From Okamejei kenojei (taxonomy: Eukaryota): a stretch of DNA of 35,987 nucleotides. Numbering within the stretch: the first letter of the stretch is position 1; the number at the start of each line of letters is the position of its first letter. Location: positions 62,001 to 97,987 of the forward strand of contig JAVHYY010000912.1 of assembly GCA_035221665.1 (NCBI GenBank), in the 5' to 3' direction. Positions 1 to 12,600 of this stretch are shown here, piece after piece. A program made the position numbers and the translations under genes. Below the pieces are notes generated by a model. The model did no database searches and was not told where the DNA came from. It saw only the letters and a list, made by a program, of their open reading frames with translations.

Positions 1-708
1 TTGATGGTTGAAAGGGTCAGAGCTTCAAATTCCTGGGCATACACATCTCCGAAAATCTCTCCTGGTCCGAGAACACAGATGCAATTAACAAGAAAGTTCA
101 TCAGCGCTTCTACTTCCTGACAAGATTATGGAGGTTCGGTTTGTTAAGGAGGAATCTCTCTCTAACTTCTACAGGTGCACAGTAGAGAGCTTGCTGACCG
201 GTTGCATCGTGGGTTGGTTCGGCAACTTGAACGCCCTGGAGAGGAAAATACTACAAAAAGGAGTGAGCAATGCCCAGTCCATCATCGGCTCTGACCCTCC
301 TTCCATCGAGGGGATTTTCCGCGGTCGCTGCCTCAAAAAAGCTGGCAGTATCATCAAGCACCCACAGCATCCTGGCCACACACTCATCTCCCTGCTACCT
401 TCAGGTAGAAGGTACAAGATCCTGAAGACTGCAGCGACCAGGTTCAGGAATAGCTACTTCCCTACAACCATCAGGCTATTAAACCTGGCTCGGACAAAAC
501 TCTGATAACTAATAACCCATTATCTGTTATTTGCACCTTATTAGTTTATTTATTCATGTGTGTATATATTTATATATGGTATATGGACACACTGATCTGT
601 TTTGTAGTAAATGCCTTCTTTGTTCTGTGTGCTGATACAAAGCAATAATTTCATTGTCCTATCAGGGACACCTGACAATAAACTCACTTGAACTTGAACT
701 TGAACTTG
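1..708 (+). mobile_element. Rex1/Babar non-LTR retrotransposon, 3' portion (RT C-terminal region, 3' UTR, microsatellite tail); runs off the left edge
   Basis: ORF 128-505 reads NFYRCTVESLLTGCIVGWFGN...HPGHTLISLLPSGRRY...RFRNSYFPTTIRLLN, typical of the Rex1 RT C-terminus. Upstream FKFLGIHISENLSW...HQRFYFL lies in another frame (frameshift). Ends in AATAAA plus an (AACTTG)n tail at ~678-708. Confidence 0.9.
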
Positions 709-1303
709 ATGTAAGTTGTAAGATACGTCATTGCTTTAATTGCGACATTCTTGTCACTGCTATTTTGAAGAGCGCGTGCTAGTGTGGAAATCTTTGGCGA
801 CTTAATGCCTATCTTTATCATTCTCTTAGAACATTCTTGTACCGATATTTAACCTGACATAATTCATCCCCAAGCTCTGCCTCACTGATTACGGTATTCA
901 GATAAAATGTACCGTACGTCCAACAATAGCAGTGCCCCCAAGTTCGACTCAGTAGATATGTGATTAGTCGGAATATTTGGCAAATAATTTTGCAGTGTAT
1001 TTACACGATTAACCAACTAACCGGGATACACACCTGTGTACACTGCGATGAAGACCCATTCCCCCAAACACAATAAAATAGTAAGATTAAATGAGAACTT
1101 ACCAGTTTGAAATTTGATCTTTATTTTATGAGGAGTTACGATGAGGGATTACGTGAAGATCCCGCCAGCACGCATGCGCGTCATTCTTCAAAGCAGCGGT
1201 GTGAAATCACAGATACCAGAGTTGACTAACATTGTAAGATAAGAGAGAACTCATATATACCAGTTGACCTTTATAATAGAGGGTTTGGGAGCGGAGGGCA
1301 CGA

Positions 1304-1410
1304 AATCCCTCATCGTAACTCCTCATAAAATAAAGATCCAATTTCAAACTGGTAAGTTCTCATTTAATCTTACTATTTTACTTCGGAGTCACGTGAGTGA
1401 CTACATGAAG
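1304..1410. other. DIRS internal complementary region (ICR), copy 1
   Basis: 1304-1379 is the reverse complement of 1075-1150 (1 mismatch seen). 1375-1410 is the reverse complement of 8673-8708 (1 mismatch seen). The halves overlap in ATTTT, the predicted circle junction. Confidence 0.95.
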
Positions 1411-2629
1411 ATTTCAAAGCTCTGTGATTTCATGCCGTGGACGAGTCCATGCATCACACACTGCAACAGTGAAGAGCTAATTTTAATAATGCATTCAGAC
1501 ATGACATAGGAATAGACATGTTGATGCTATAATGTACATTTAGTGATAATAGTACCTCCTGCACCCGGGAAAAACTATAACTCAGACTTAAACAGTCGGC
1601 AAATACCCCTGGTCTGGCAAGGTTATTTCTACATGTTTGGAATCGTTTGTAGACCATCCTGCACCTGCTAGGATGTGGTCCCGTGAACGTCCATCCCCTG
1701 CTGCTGATATAGTTGTAGCCTGGGTGGAGTGAGACTTGCATGTCAATGTTCACTCCTGCCCCTAGAACCCATATAAATCACCGGCCGATGGTCTGTAGTG
1801 ATTCTCTAGTGAGGCTCCATGTGACTATCAATCATTGCTAGTTCAGTCCCTAAGGCTCTAGAGATCTTAGCATGCTGGTGTAGATGTGTGCCACATACAA
1901 CCGATGGTCCATGGGAAATGCCAGCAAGACTAGTTTGAGACATAATATCCCTGGCGATATCTGCTGATTATTGATAACATAAATGTAATTCCATGCAGAA
2001 TAATCATCTTGTCCAGTAACAGCTAAGCAACTGGACCCATAGTGCTGCCTCAGTGTCATGAGCTTAACCCTTGGTATAGTGAGCCCAGGGCAGGGATGTT
2101 CCAATGTTAACATCCCATATCTCTGCGTACCTCCCTGGGGGGTGTCGAGTTTAAGACCCTATCTCGTACAGAAGGTGACCCGATTAAAGGATTCTGCTCC
2201 TCGCAGCCAAAATGCTGAGAACGCATGTGCGGCACAGTAATGGCACTCTAGTATGATTGCCAACCCCAGATGGAACTGAACTTAAGACGTCAGTCATCCG
2301 TGTCAACTTAGTTTGGTTTGACAATAGTAAGCCGCAGTTTATTTACAGTATATTTACAATAGTAACTTCCCAGTCTGCAAGTCAATGACTAGATGAAAGT
2401 ATGCAGGTGATGGTTCCCTGGTCACGGCTAACCATTTTAAACATAGAAACATAGAAATTAGGTGCAGGAGCAGGCCATTCGGCCCTTCGAGCCTGCACCG
2501 CCATTCAATATGATCATGGCTGATCATCCAACTCAGTATCCTGTACCTGCCTTCTCTCCATGCCCCCTGATCCCTTCAGCCACAAGGGCCACATACAACT
2601 CCCTCTTAAATTTGGCCAACGAACTGGCC

Positions 2630-5490
2630 TCAACTACCTTCTGTGGCAGAGAATTCCACAGATTCACCACTCTCTGTGTGAAAAAACGATCTTCTCATCT
2701 CGGTACTAAAAGAGTTACCCCTTATCCTTAAACTGTGACCCCTTGTCCTGGACTTCCCCAACATCGGGAACAATCTTCCTGCATCTAGCCTGTCCAACCC
2801 CTTAAGAATTTTGTAAGTCTCTATGAGAGCACCCCTCAATCTTCTAAATTCCAGCGAGTACAAGCCAAGTCTATCCAGTCTTTCTTCATATGGAAGTCGT
2901 GCCATCCCAGGAATCAGTCTGGTGAACCTTCTCTGTACTCCCTCTATGGCAAGAATGTCTTTCCTCAGATTCGGAGACCAAAACTGTACGCAATACTCCA
3001 GGTGTGGCCTCACCAAGACCCTGTACAACTGCAGTAGAACCTCCCTGCTCTTGTACTCAAATCCTTTTGCTATGAATGCCAACATACCATTCGCTTTCTT
3101 CACAGCCTGCTGCACCTGCATGCCTACTTTCAATGACTGGTGCACCATGACACCCAGGTCTCGCTGCATCTCACATTTTCCTAATCGGTCAACATTCAAA
3201 TAATAGTCTACCTTCCGGTTTTTGCCACCAAAGTGGATAACCTCACATTTATCCACATTATACTGCATCTGCAATGCATTTGCCCACTCACCCAGTCTAT
3301 CCAAGTCATCCTGCAGCCTCCTAGCATCCTCCTCACAACTAACACTGCCCCCCAGCTTCGTGTCATCCTCAAAATTCGAGATGTTGCATTTAATTCCCAC
3401 GTCCAAATCATTAATGTATATTGTAAATAGCTGGGGTCCCAGCACTGAGCCTTGCGGCACCCCACTTGTCACTGTCTGCCATCCTGAAAAGGACCCGTTC
3501 ACTCCTACTCTTTTTTTCCTGACGGCCAGCCAGTTCTCTATCCACATCAATACTGAACCACCAATACCTTGTGCTTTAAGTTTGTATACCAATCTCTTGT
3601 GTGGGACCTTGTCGAAAGCCTTCTGAAAGTCCAGATACAACACATCCACTGCTTCGCCCTTATCCACTCTACTAGTTACATCCTCAAAAAATTCAATAAG
3701 GTTCGTCAGACATGATTTACCCTTCGTAAATCCATGCTGAGTTTGTCCAATGATTTCACTACTTTCCAAATGCGCTGCTATCCCATCTTTAATAATTGAC
3801 TCTAGCAGTTTCACCACTACCGATGTTAGACTAACTGGTCCGTAATTCCCTGTTTTCTCTCTCCCTCCGTTTTTAAAAAGTGGGGTTACATTAGCTACCC
3901 TCCAATCCTCAGGAACTACTCCAGAATCTAAAGAGTTTTGAAAAATTATCACTAAGGCATCTGCTATTTCTGGGGCTACTTCCTTAAGTACCCTGGGATG
4001 CAGCCTATCTGGCCCTGGGGATTTATCGGCCTTTAATCCATTCAATTTACCCAACACCACTTTCCGGCTAACCTGGATTTCACTCATTTCCTCCATCTCA
4101 TTTGACCCGCGAACCCCTGCTATTTCCGGCAGATTATTTATGTCTTCCTTAGTGAAGACAGAACCAAAGTAGTTATTCAATTAGTCTGCCATGCCCTTGT
4201 TCCCCATGATCAATTCACCCGTTTCCGACTGGAAGGGACCTACATTTGTTTTAACTAATCTTTTGCGCTTCACATATCGATAAAAACGTTTGCAGTCAGT
4301 TTTTATGTTTCCTGCCAGTTTTCTTTCATACTCCATTTTCCCTTTCCTAATTAAGCCCTTTGTCCTCCTCTGTTGGCCTCTGAATTTCTCCCAGACCCCT
4401 GGTAGGCTGCTTTTTCTGGCTAATTTGTACGCTTCATCTTTTTCTTTGATACTATCCCTGATTTCCCTCATTATCCACGGATGCGCCACCTTCCCTCATT
4501 TATTCTTTTGCCATACTGGGATAAAAAATTGTTGTAGTTCATCCATGCAGTCTTTAAATGCCTTCCATTGCATATCCACCGTCAACCCTTCAAGAATCAA
4601 TTGCCAGTCCATCTTGGCCAATTCGCGTCTCATACCCTCAAAGTTATCTTTCTTTAAGTTCAGGACCCGTGTTTCTGAATTAACAATGTCACTCTCCATC
4701 CTAATGAAGAACTCAACCATATTATGGTCACTCTTGCCCAAGGGGTCACGTACAACAAGGCTGCTAACTAACCCTTCCTCATTACTCAATATCCAGTCTA
4801 GAATAGCCTGCTCTCTCGTTGGTTCCTCCACATGTTGGTTTAGAAAACTATCCCGCATACATTCCAAGAAATCCTATTCCTCAGCACCCCTGCCAATTTG
4901 ATTCACCCAATCTATATGTAGATTGAAGTCACCCATTATAACGGTTTTACCTTCGTTGCACGCATTTCTAATTTCCTGTTTGATGCCATCCCCAACTCCA
5001 CTACTACTGTTAGGTGGCCTGTACACAACACCCACTAGCGTTTTCTGCCCTTAGTGTTTCGCAGCTCCACCCATATCGATTCCACATCCTTCAAGCTAAT
5101 GTCATTGCTTTCTATTGCGTTAATCTCCTCTCTAACCAGCAACGCTACCCCACCTCCTTTTCCTCTCTGTCTATCCTTCCTGAATATTGAATATCCCTGG
5201 ATGTTCAGCTCCCAGCCTTGGTCACCCTGGAGCCATGTCTCCGTGATCCCAACTATATCATAATTATTAATAGCTATCTGCACATTCAACTCATCCACCT
5301 TATTACGAATGCTCCTCGCATTGAGACACAAAGCCTTCAGGCTTGTTTTTACAACACTCTTGGCCCTTTTACAATTATGTTGAAAAGTGGCCCTTTTAGA
5401 TTTTTGCCCTGGATTTGTTTTCCTGCCACTTTTCACCTCGCTTCCTATTGCTCCTGTCCTCATTTTACACCCATCTGTCTCTCTGCTCAC
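2630..5490 (-). pseudogene. CR1 ORF2 (AP endonuclease + reverse transcriptase), disrupted
   Basis: LNARSIRNK, GITETWL, SDHNMVEF, KSPGPD, YLDFQKAFDKVPH, GVPQGSVLGP, FEDDTKL (normally FADD). Split into ORFs 5035-5490, 4496-4867, 4181-4489 and 2630-4180 by a frameshift and in-frame stops. Confidence 0.95.
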
Positions 5491-5642
5491 ACATTTAAGA
5501 AACCCTTCACTTCTTATTCTCCGTTTGTTATTTTTTTCTTCTTTCCTCCCAACGTGTTGCGTCTAACTGCTTCTCTTCTCTGCCTCCTGCCTCACAAACG
5601 GACTACTTGCCTTCTCTATTTGAGTCCCTCCCCCCAACCGAT

Positions 5643-5945
5643 CTAGTTTAAAGTCTCCCCAGTAGCCTTTGCAAATCTCCCCGCCAGGATATTGGTTCCC
5701 CTCGGGTTCAAGTGCAACCCGTCCTTTTTGTACAGGTCACACCTTCCCCAAAAGAGGTCCCAATGATCCAGAAACTTGAATCTCTGCGCTCTGCACCAGT
5801 CCTTTAGCCACGCATTTATCCTCCACCTTGCTCCATTCCTACTCTCACTGTCGCGTGGCACAGGCAGTAATCCTGAGATTGTTACCTTTGCGGTCCTTCT
5901 CCTTAACCCTCTTCCTAACTCCCTAAATTCTCCTTTCAGGACCTC
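5643..5945 (-). pseudogene. CR1 ORF1 C-terminal SGNH/GDSL esterase-like domain fragment
   Basis: ISGLLPVPR...INAWLKDWCR...FLDHWDLFWGRCDLYKKDGLHLNPRGTNILAGRF (DGLH motif). The N-terminal part of the listed ORF (5946-6011) is DIRS sequence. Confidence 0.88.
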
Positions 5946-7938
5946 CGAAATGTCTGAACCGGGAAGCTGAATTAGCAAGACCCGTCTGGTAAGGTAAATG
6001 GATGGACACAATGAACATTACCCCTCAGTGTAGCGAGAAATGCACCCATCGCCACGTACCTTAAACGCTGGCGATTCCACATCCATTCTCGTTTTCCTGC
6101 TGATATGCCAATGCCAATGAAGTTAGGTAAACTATTGCCGGATACTTTTACTGTATTGCACCCATGTGATTGACGTATAATAGCACCAGAGTGTATCAAG
6201 TTAGACTTGAGCATGCAGATATGCATATTCGCACAACCTTTATCCGCAGAATGCAGCTAATGTGAATAGGTAACTCATGCAAACCCCACCCGCCTCCGTA
6301 ACTAAAAATGGTATATAGTAATAATCCATCTTTAACATAACATCAGTTAGTAATTAACTGACGAGTATTCATGAAGGTTAGTGGGGCAATGCTGAATACT
6401 GTTTGTCCACAATGGTGACTTTGCCAGCTGGGAATAGCCTGTGAGCTTGCTCCTTTGCACGCCGTAAAGCTCTGATGGTGCAGAAGGCGCAATAGCACAG
6501 CTGACCAATATATATCAATCCCAGACAATTTATAATTTCAGTTGGTATCAACTTAAATTTACTGGATAGATAAGAACCCAATTCCTGCAGAATGATTTAG
6601 CTGATACCGCTGATTAGGCAAAATAAAGTGTTTTAGAACATCATCGAGATAGCCCATAAATAATATCTTAGGTGAGCCCAGTGGAAACTGTCCCCCTGTT
6701 GTTAGACAGTATAGCAGTTTTCTATTCAGAAAGCCTCTACTGCATTTGCGATTTGAACCGGTATCTTTCACAGTGATAATGAACGGGTCCCACTGCGGCC
6801 TGTCTTGAAAGCTAACTGGTCTAGCATAAACAAGTATAAATTTACCAACTTGTAAATGGTCCACATACCTGATATATCGGAAAATAACCAGACCCATCTC
6901 CCTTCATGGTTATAGGTGGCCTTATGGTAAGCCCAAGGCTCCTGGCGCCGGTTCTTATTCCGTCCCAATTTTGGAGAGTAGGATTGCTGGGGTATGTGGA
7001 CCCAATTCCCTGAGGACCGATTTCGCCTTGGCCTGAAAGCCTGCTCCCAGTTTTGAAGCTGCCCCCAGCTTCAGTGAAACGCATGCTGCCGATAGAGGCG
7101 TGGGGTGTGTTCCCGTGGTTCCTTGATAAGCCGGACAGCTTTAATTCTTCATCCGGGTCTTAGGTGTTTGGGCAAATTCCTGAAGAGAGGATTTGGCGGC
7201 CAGACATTACTGGCCTCACTTCAACCTACAGTTTTGAAATTTAAGGCAGGTCCGATGGCGTTTTTCTGGAAACAGTTCATTTTGAAGTGTGCATTGTACC
7301 CCATATAGCTCTGTTCACTGCTGGTCCTTTCAGGGACAATATTGCAGGTGTATAGTATTCCACCGCCGGCAAATGTGATGTGGCGCGAGGTGGCTGTTCC
7401 TTCACGAGAGAACTCTGGCCTTCAGGCTTCGTTTAGCGAAGATCTTGATGCCTCGCCAGAATAATCTGGAACCTCACGTTTGTACACCAGTATGTTCCCT
7501 GGTCATACTTCCAAGTCTTCCGCTTCATGCGGGATGCGTAGGACCTTCCAGCCCGGACCCATGCTGAGTAAGTTATCCGCCGGTCGGAAATCCCTCCGCA
7601 GGTGGTAATCTTAGGGCCCGACCCTCCGAGTCCACGGGCTCATCCGCTGGTGGTATATTCGCAGCCCGGACACTGCAGGTCTCTAGGCTTACCGTAGGCG
7701 GTATATCTCTACTGATATGCCGTGCATGGATCATATCAGGAGGGAGCATTAGTGGGATGAGCGCTCTCTGACGCTATCCATGCTCCTCATGGGTAAACGG
7801 CCATGTTGGAGGGGACCCTCCTGGCCTGCCTAGGCCTTTCAGACTCAATTGAACATCTTCTGGCCCGCTGGAATCTGAAAAAATGCCGCCGGCTATCCGC
7901 ACTTCTGCGGTCCGTAGCCGTGTCACACGGTCCCCTCA

Positions 7939-8485
7939 CGCGGTTCCTGCGGCCGGGTTTCCCCGAGCGGTTCATACCGCGGTTTGCCTTCCCGCGGTCC
8001 CCGCAGCCGGGTTTCCCCGAGCCGGGTTCATCCCGTGGTCTTCCCGCGGTCCCCGCAGCCGGGTCTCCCCGGGCTGGGTTCGACCCGTGGTAGTCTTCCC
8101 GCGATCCCCGCAGCCGGATTTCCCCGAGCCGGGTTCATCCCGTGGTCTTCCCGCGGTCCCCGCAGCCGGGTTTTCCCCCCAGCCGGGTTCATCCCGTGGT
8201 TTGCTTCTCCCCGCGGTTCCTGCGGCCGGGTTCACACCGCGGCCAGAATCTTCCCGTGGCCCCGTTTTCTCTCCAGCCGGGTTTAACCCGCGGCCAGAAT
8301 CTCCCGTGGCCGGGTTTTCCTGCAGCCGGGTTCACCCCGCGGCCAGAATCTTTCCGCGGTTCCCCGCAGAATCCATTACGCGGTTTACCACAGCCGGGAT
8401 TCCCCGCGGTCCCTGGAGACGGGATTCCCCGCGAAGTCCAGCCGGGCATCCCCGCGATTCTCGCAGCCGGGATTTCCCCGCGGTG
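7939..8485. repeat. GC/CpG-rich minisatellite (~52-55 bp unit, degenerating rightwards) in the 5' region of DIRS copy 1
   Basis: Repeated GCGGTCCCCGCAGCCGGGTTTCCCCGAGCCGGGTTCATCCCGTGGTCTTCCC and variants. Explains the overlapping Pro/Arg/Gly-rich ORFs. Confidence 0.9.
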
Positions 8486-9626
8486 TAGGGGACGCAATAT
8501 CTCCAGCAGGAAACTCTGCACAGAGCTTCCTGCAAGGAGAAAAAACAGACCTGGAGTTAAGTTGAAATACTTACCTTCAGGATTCAAACTGACCGCTGGT
8601 GGAGCAACGCTTCCACAGCCTGTCGATGCGCAATGCGGTAGACGATATGACGCGCATGCGTGCTGGCGGGGTCTTCACGTAGTCACTCACGTGACTCCGA
8701 AGTAAAATTGCAGGTTATTCTGCCGATCACTTATTTTCGCAGCTGAGTTTACGCAGATCAATAATATTCGAACATTTTAATACACGCAGACATTTTCTAG
8801 AAAGATATCCAATTGAACGAAGACAATTTCATGTGGCAACGTGTCTTTATTCGAAACAAAGATAATTTTAATCTTGCTTGTTTCGCTTCCTTATGTAGGA
8901 ATTAGGATCGTGCTTCCGTCTATCTACCCCTTTCTATCAGAACACCCTTCCAGTACATTCTTGAAATCAATCTGAAATTGATCCAATTCCGTTTAAATCA
9001 GTCCAAACTTTATTTATTCCAGGGGAAAAAAAAGGTTGACAATTTCGCAATGCGTTGTTCATTTTCTGGCTACCTTATGAAGCAGCAGATATTACATTTG
9101 CCTTGCGCAAATGAAAACATTGTAGCGCATTTGAGGCAAGTCACAAATTACTAGAGATGCTGGAATGTGCAGCAAAAATAAAAGTGTGTGTTGGAGGAAA
9201 TCTACGGCGTCTGCCAGACACTGTACAAGAAATTTGAATGCGTGAGACGAGTTGTAGAACACGAACGGTGAATCCCCACCTGAGGATTAAATAATTAGTG
9301 GATGGACTCTGCTGAGGGAGAGACTGGTGGAGATAACAGCAGGGATTGGAACGTTGCCTGTTTCTTCGTTGGCCATATGGTGCCTCCTTTGTTCCAAACT
9401 CATTCTCGCAAATATCCCCATTCAGCCTCCCCTTTGCGGACTACGGCTTGTGGACTGCCTCTTGGACCCAAGCAGTACTGGCTAATATTATTAACTTCGC
9501 CACTAATGTCCGCCCCGACATCAAATTGACTGGAAACACTATACTACTCCTTTGTCCACAGATATATATATATACTACTCCTTTTTTGCGGCAGATGTAA
9601 TCTACCGCAAAAAAATAAAACCATTT

Positions 9627-12600
9627 AGAAACATAGAAACATAGAAATTAAGTGCAGGAGTAGGCCATTCGGCCCGTCGATCCTGCACCGCCATTCAATA
9701 TGATAATGGCTGATCATCCAACTCAGTATCCCGTACCTGCCTTCTCTCCATACCCTCTGATCCCCTTAGCCACAAGGGCCACATCTAACCCCCTCTTAAA
9801 TATCGCCAATGAACTGGATTCAACTACCCTGTGTGGCTGAGAGTTCCAGACACTCACCACTCTCTGTGTGAAAAAAGTATTTCTCATCTCGGGTCTTAAA
9901 GTATTTCCCCCTTATCCTTAAGCTGTGACCCCTTGTCCTGGACTTCCCCAGCATCGAGAACAATCTTCCTGCATCTAGCCTGTCCAACCCCTTAAGAATT
10001 TTGTACGTTTCTATAAGATCCCCTCTCAATCTCCCAAATTCTAGAGAGTATAAACCGAGTCTATCCAGTCTTTCTTCATAAGACAGTCCTGACATCCCAG
10101 GAATCAGTCCGGTGAACCTTCTCTGCACTCCCTCTATGGCAATAATGTCCTTTCTCAGATTTGGAGACCAAAACTGTACGCAATACTCCAGGTGTGGTCT
10201 CAGCAAGACCCTGTACAACTGAAGTAGAACCTCCCTGCTGTTATACACAAATCATTTTGCTATGAAAGCTAACATACCATTCGCTTTCTTCACTGCCTGC
10301 TGCACCTGGGGAAAACAAATGGTCGGCACGGACTGGAAGGGCCGAGAGGGCCTGTTTCCGTGCTGTAATTGTTATATGGTTATATGGTTACCTGCATGCC
10401 TACTTTCAATGACTGGTGTACCATGACACCCAGGTCTCGCTGCATCTCCCCTTTACCTAATCGGCCACCATTTAGATAATAGTCTGCTTTCCTGTTTGTG
10501 CCACCAAAGTGGATAACCTCAAATTTATCCACATTATACTGCATCTGCCAAACATTTGTCCACTCACCCAGCCTATCCAAGTCATCTTGCAGTCTCCTAG
10601 CATCCTCCTCACAGCTAACACTGCCTCCCAGCTTAGTGTCATCGGCAAACTTGGAGATATTGCCTTCAATTCCCTCATCCAGATTATTAATATATATTGT
10701 AAATAGCTGGGGTCCTAGCACTGAGCCTTGCGGTACCCCACTAGTCACTGCCTGCCATTGTGAAAAGGACCCGTTTACTCCTAATCTTTGCTTCCTGTTT
10801 GCCAACCAGTTCTCTATCCACATAAATACTGAACCCCCAATGCCGTATGCTTTAAGTTTGTACACTAATCTCTTATGTGGGACCTTGTCGAAAGCCATCT
10901 GGAAGTCCAGATACACCAAAACCATTGGTTCACCCTTATCTACGCTACTAGTTACATCCTCGAAAATTTCCACAAGATTCGTCAGACATGATTTACCTTT
11001 CGTAAATCCATGCTGACTTTGTCCAATGATTTCCCCACTTTCCAAATGTGCTGCAATCCCATCTTTAATAATGACTCTAGCAGTTTCCCCACTACCGGTG
11101 TTAGACTAACTGGTCTGTAATTACCCGTTTTCTCTCTCCCTCCCTCCTTAAAAAGAGGGGTTACGTTTGCTACCCGCCAATCCTCAGGAACTACTCCAGA
11201 AACTAAAGAGTTTTGAAAGATTATCACTAATGCATCCACTATTTCCGGAGCTACGTCCTTAAGTACTCTGGGATGCAGCCTATCTGGCCCTGGGGATTTA
11301 TCTGCCTTTAATCCATTCAATTTACCCAAAACCACTTCCCGGCTAAACTGGATTTCACTCAATTCCTCCTTTGACCCGCGGTCCCCTGCTATTTTCGGCA
11401 GATTATTTATGTCTTCCTTAGTGAAGACGGAACCAAAGTAGTTATTCAATTGTTCCGCCATATCCTTGTTCCCATGAATAACTCACCTGTTTCTGACTGC
11501 AAGAGGCCTACATTTGTTTTAACTAATCTCTTTCTCCTCACATATCTATAAAATCTTTAGCAGTCAGTTTTCATGTTCCCTGCCAGTTTTCTTTCATAAT
11601 CTATATTTCCTTTCCTAAATAAGCCCTTTGTCCTCCTTTGCTGGTCTCTAAATTTCTCCCTGTCCTCTGGTATGCTGCTTTTTCTGGCTACTTTGTACGC
11701 ATCATCCTTTGCTTTGATACTATCCCTAATTTCCCTTGTTATTCACGGATGTACTACCTTCCCTGATTTATTCTTTTGCCAAACTGGGATAAACAATTTT
11801 TGTAGTTCATCCATGCAGTCTTTAAATGTCTTCCATTGTAGATCCACCGTCAACTCTTTTAGAATTAATTGCCAGTCAATCTTGGCCAATTCACGTCTCT
11901 TACGCTCAAAGTTACCTTTCTTTAAGTTCAGAACCATTGTTTCTGAATTAACAATGTCACTCTCCATCCTAATTAAGAACTCAACCATATTATGGTCACT
12001 CTTGACCAAGGGGGCACGTACAACAAGTCTGCTAACTACCCCTTCCTCATTACACACCAAACCCAGTCTAAAATAGCCTGCTCTCTCGTTGCTTCCTGTA
12101 CATGTTGATTTAGATAACTATCCCGCATACATTCCAAAAAATCCCCTTCCTCAGCATCCCTGCCAATTTGATTCACCCAATCTATATGTAGATTGAAGTC
12201 ACCTATTATAACTGTATATCCTTTGTCACACGCATTTCTAATTTCCTGTTTGATACCATCCCCAACTTCACTGCTACTGCTAGGTGCCCTGTGCACAACA
12301 CCCAACATCGCTCTCTGCCCCTTAGTGTTTCGCAGCTCTACCCATACCGATTCCACATCCTCCAAGCTAATGTCTTTCCTTTCCATTGCGTTAATCTCCT
12401 CTCTAACCAGCAACGCTACCCAACCTCCTTTTATTTTATCTCTATCCCTCCTGAATATTGAATATCCCTGGATGTTCCGCTCCCAGCCTACGTCACCTGG
12501 GGCCATGTCTCCGTGATCCCAACTATATCGTAATCATTAATAGCTATCTGCGCGTTCAACTCATCCACCTTATTACGAATAGTCCTTGCATTGAGACACA

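Larger units (their letters stand above)
2439..5945 (-). mobile_element. CR1 LINE copy 1, 5'-truncated within ORF1, nested in DIRS copy 1
   Basis: (TTCTATGT)n 3' tail at 2439-2457. ORF2 APE + RT and the end of an esterase-type ORF1 lie on the minus strand. Flanked on both sides by DIRS sequence; no TSD seen. Confidence 0.96.
1075..8708 (-). mobile_element. DIRS1-like tyrosine-recombinase retrotransposon copy 1 (intact termini, heavily decayed ORFs, nested CR1)
   Basis: Inverted terminal repeats 1151-1184 and 8647-8680. Internal complementary region 1304-1410 matches both termini. Minus-strand remnants: RT MGYLDD (~6640-6660), RNase H YVNHMG (~6160-6180), YR SHST...ILAGAGWST (~1640-1740). Absent from unit B (empty site ~24828-24850). 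Confidence 0.93.

Noticed and set aside
2430-2445. AACCATTT next to the tails of both CR1 copy 1 and copy 2 as target specificity
   Set aside because: Only two cases; copy 3 does not share it and copy 1 has no TSD to define the site.
2823-5646. Plus-strand ORFs over CR1 copy 1 (also 10498-12516 over copy 2)
   Set aside because: Antisense shadows of CR1 ORF2, with no independent evidence of coding.
6769-6810. CACAGTG heptamer inside DIRS copy 1
   Set aside because: No nonamer at 12 or 23 nt and no adjacent gene segment.
7787-8705. Stack of Pro/Arg/Gly-rich ORFs; possible CRISPR-like array
   Set aside because: Produced by a GC-rich minisatellite without unique spacers, in a eukaryotic context.
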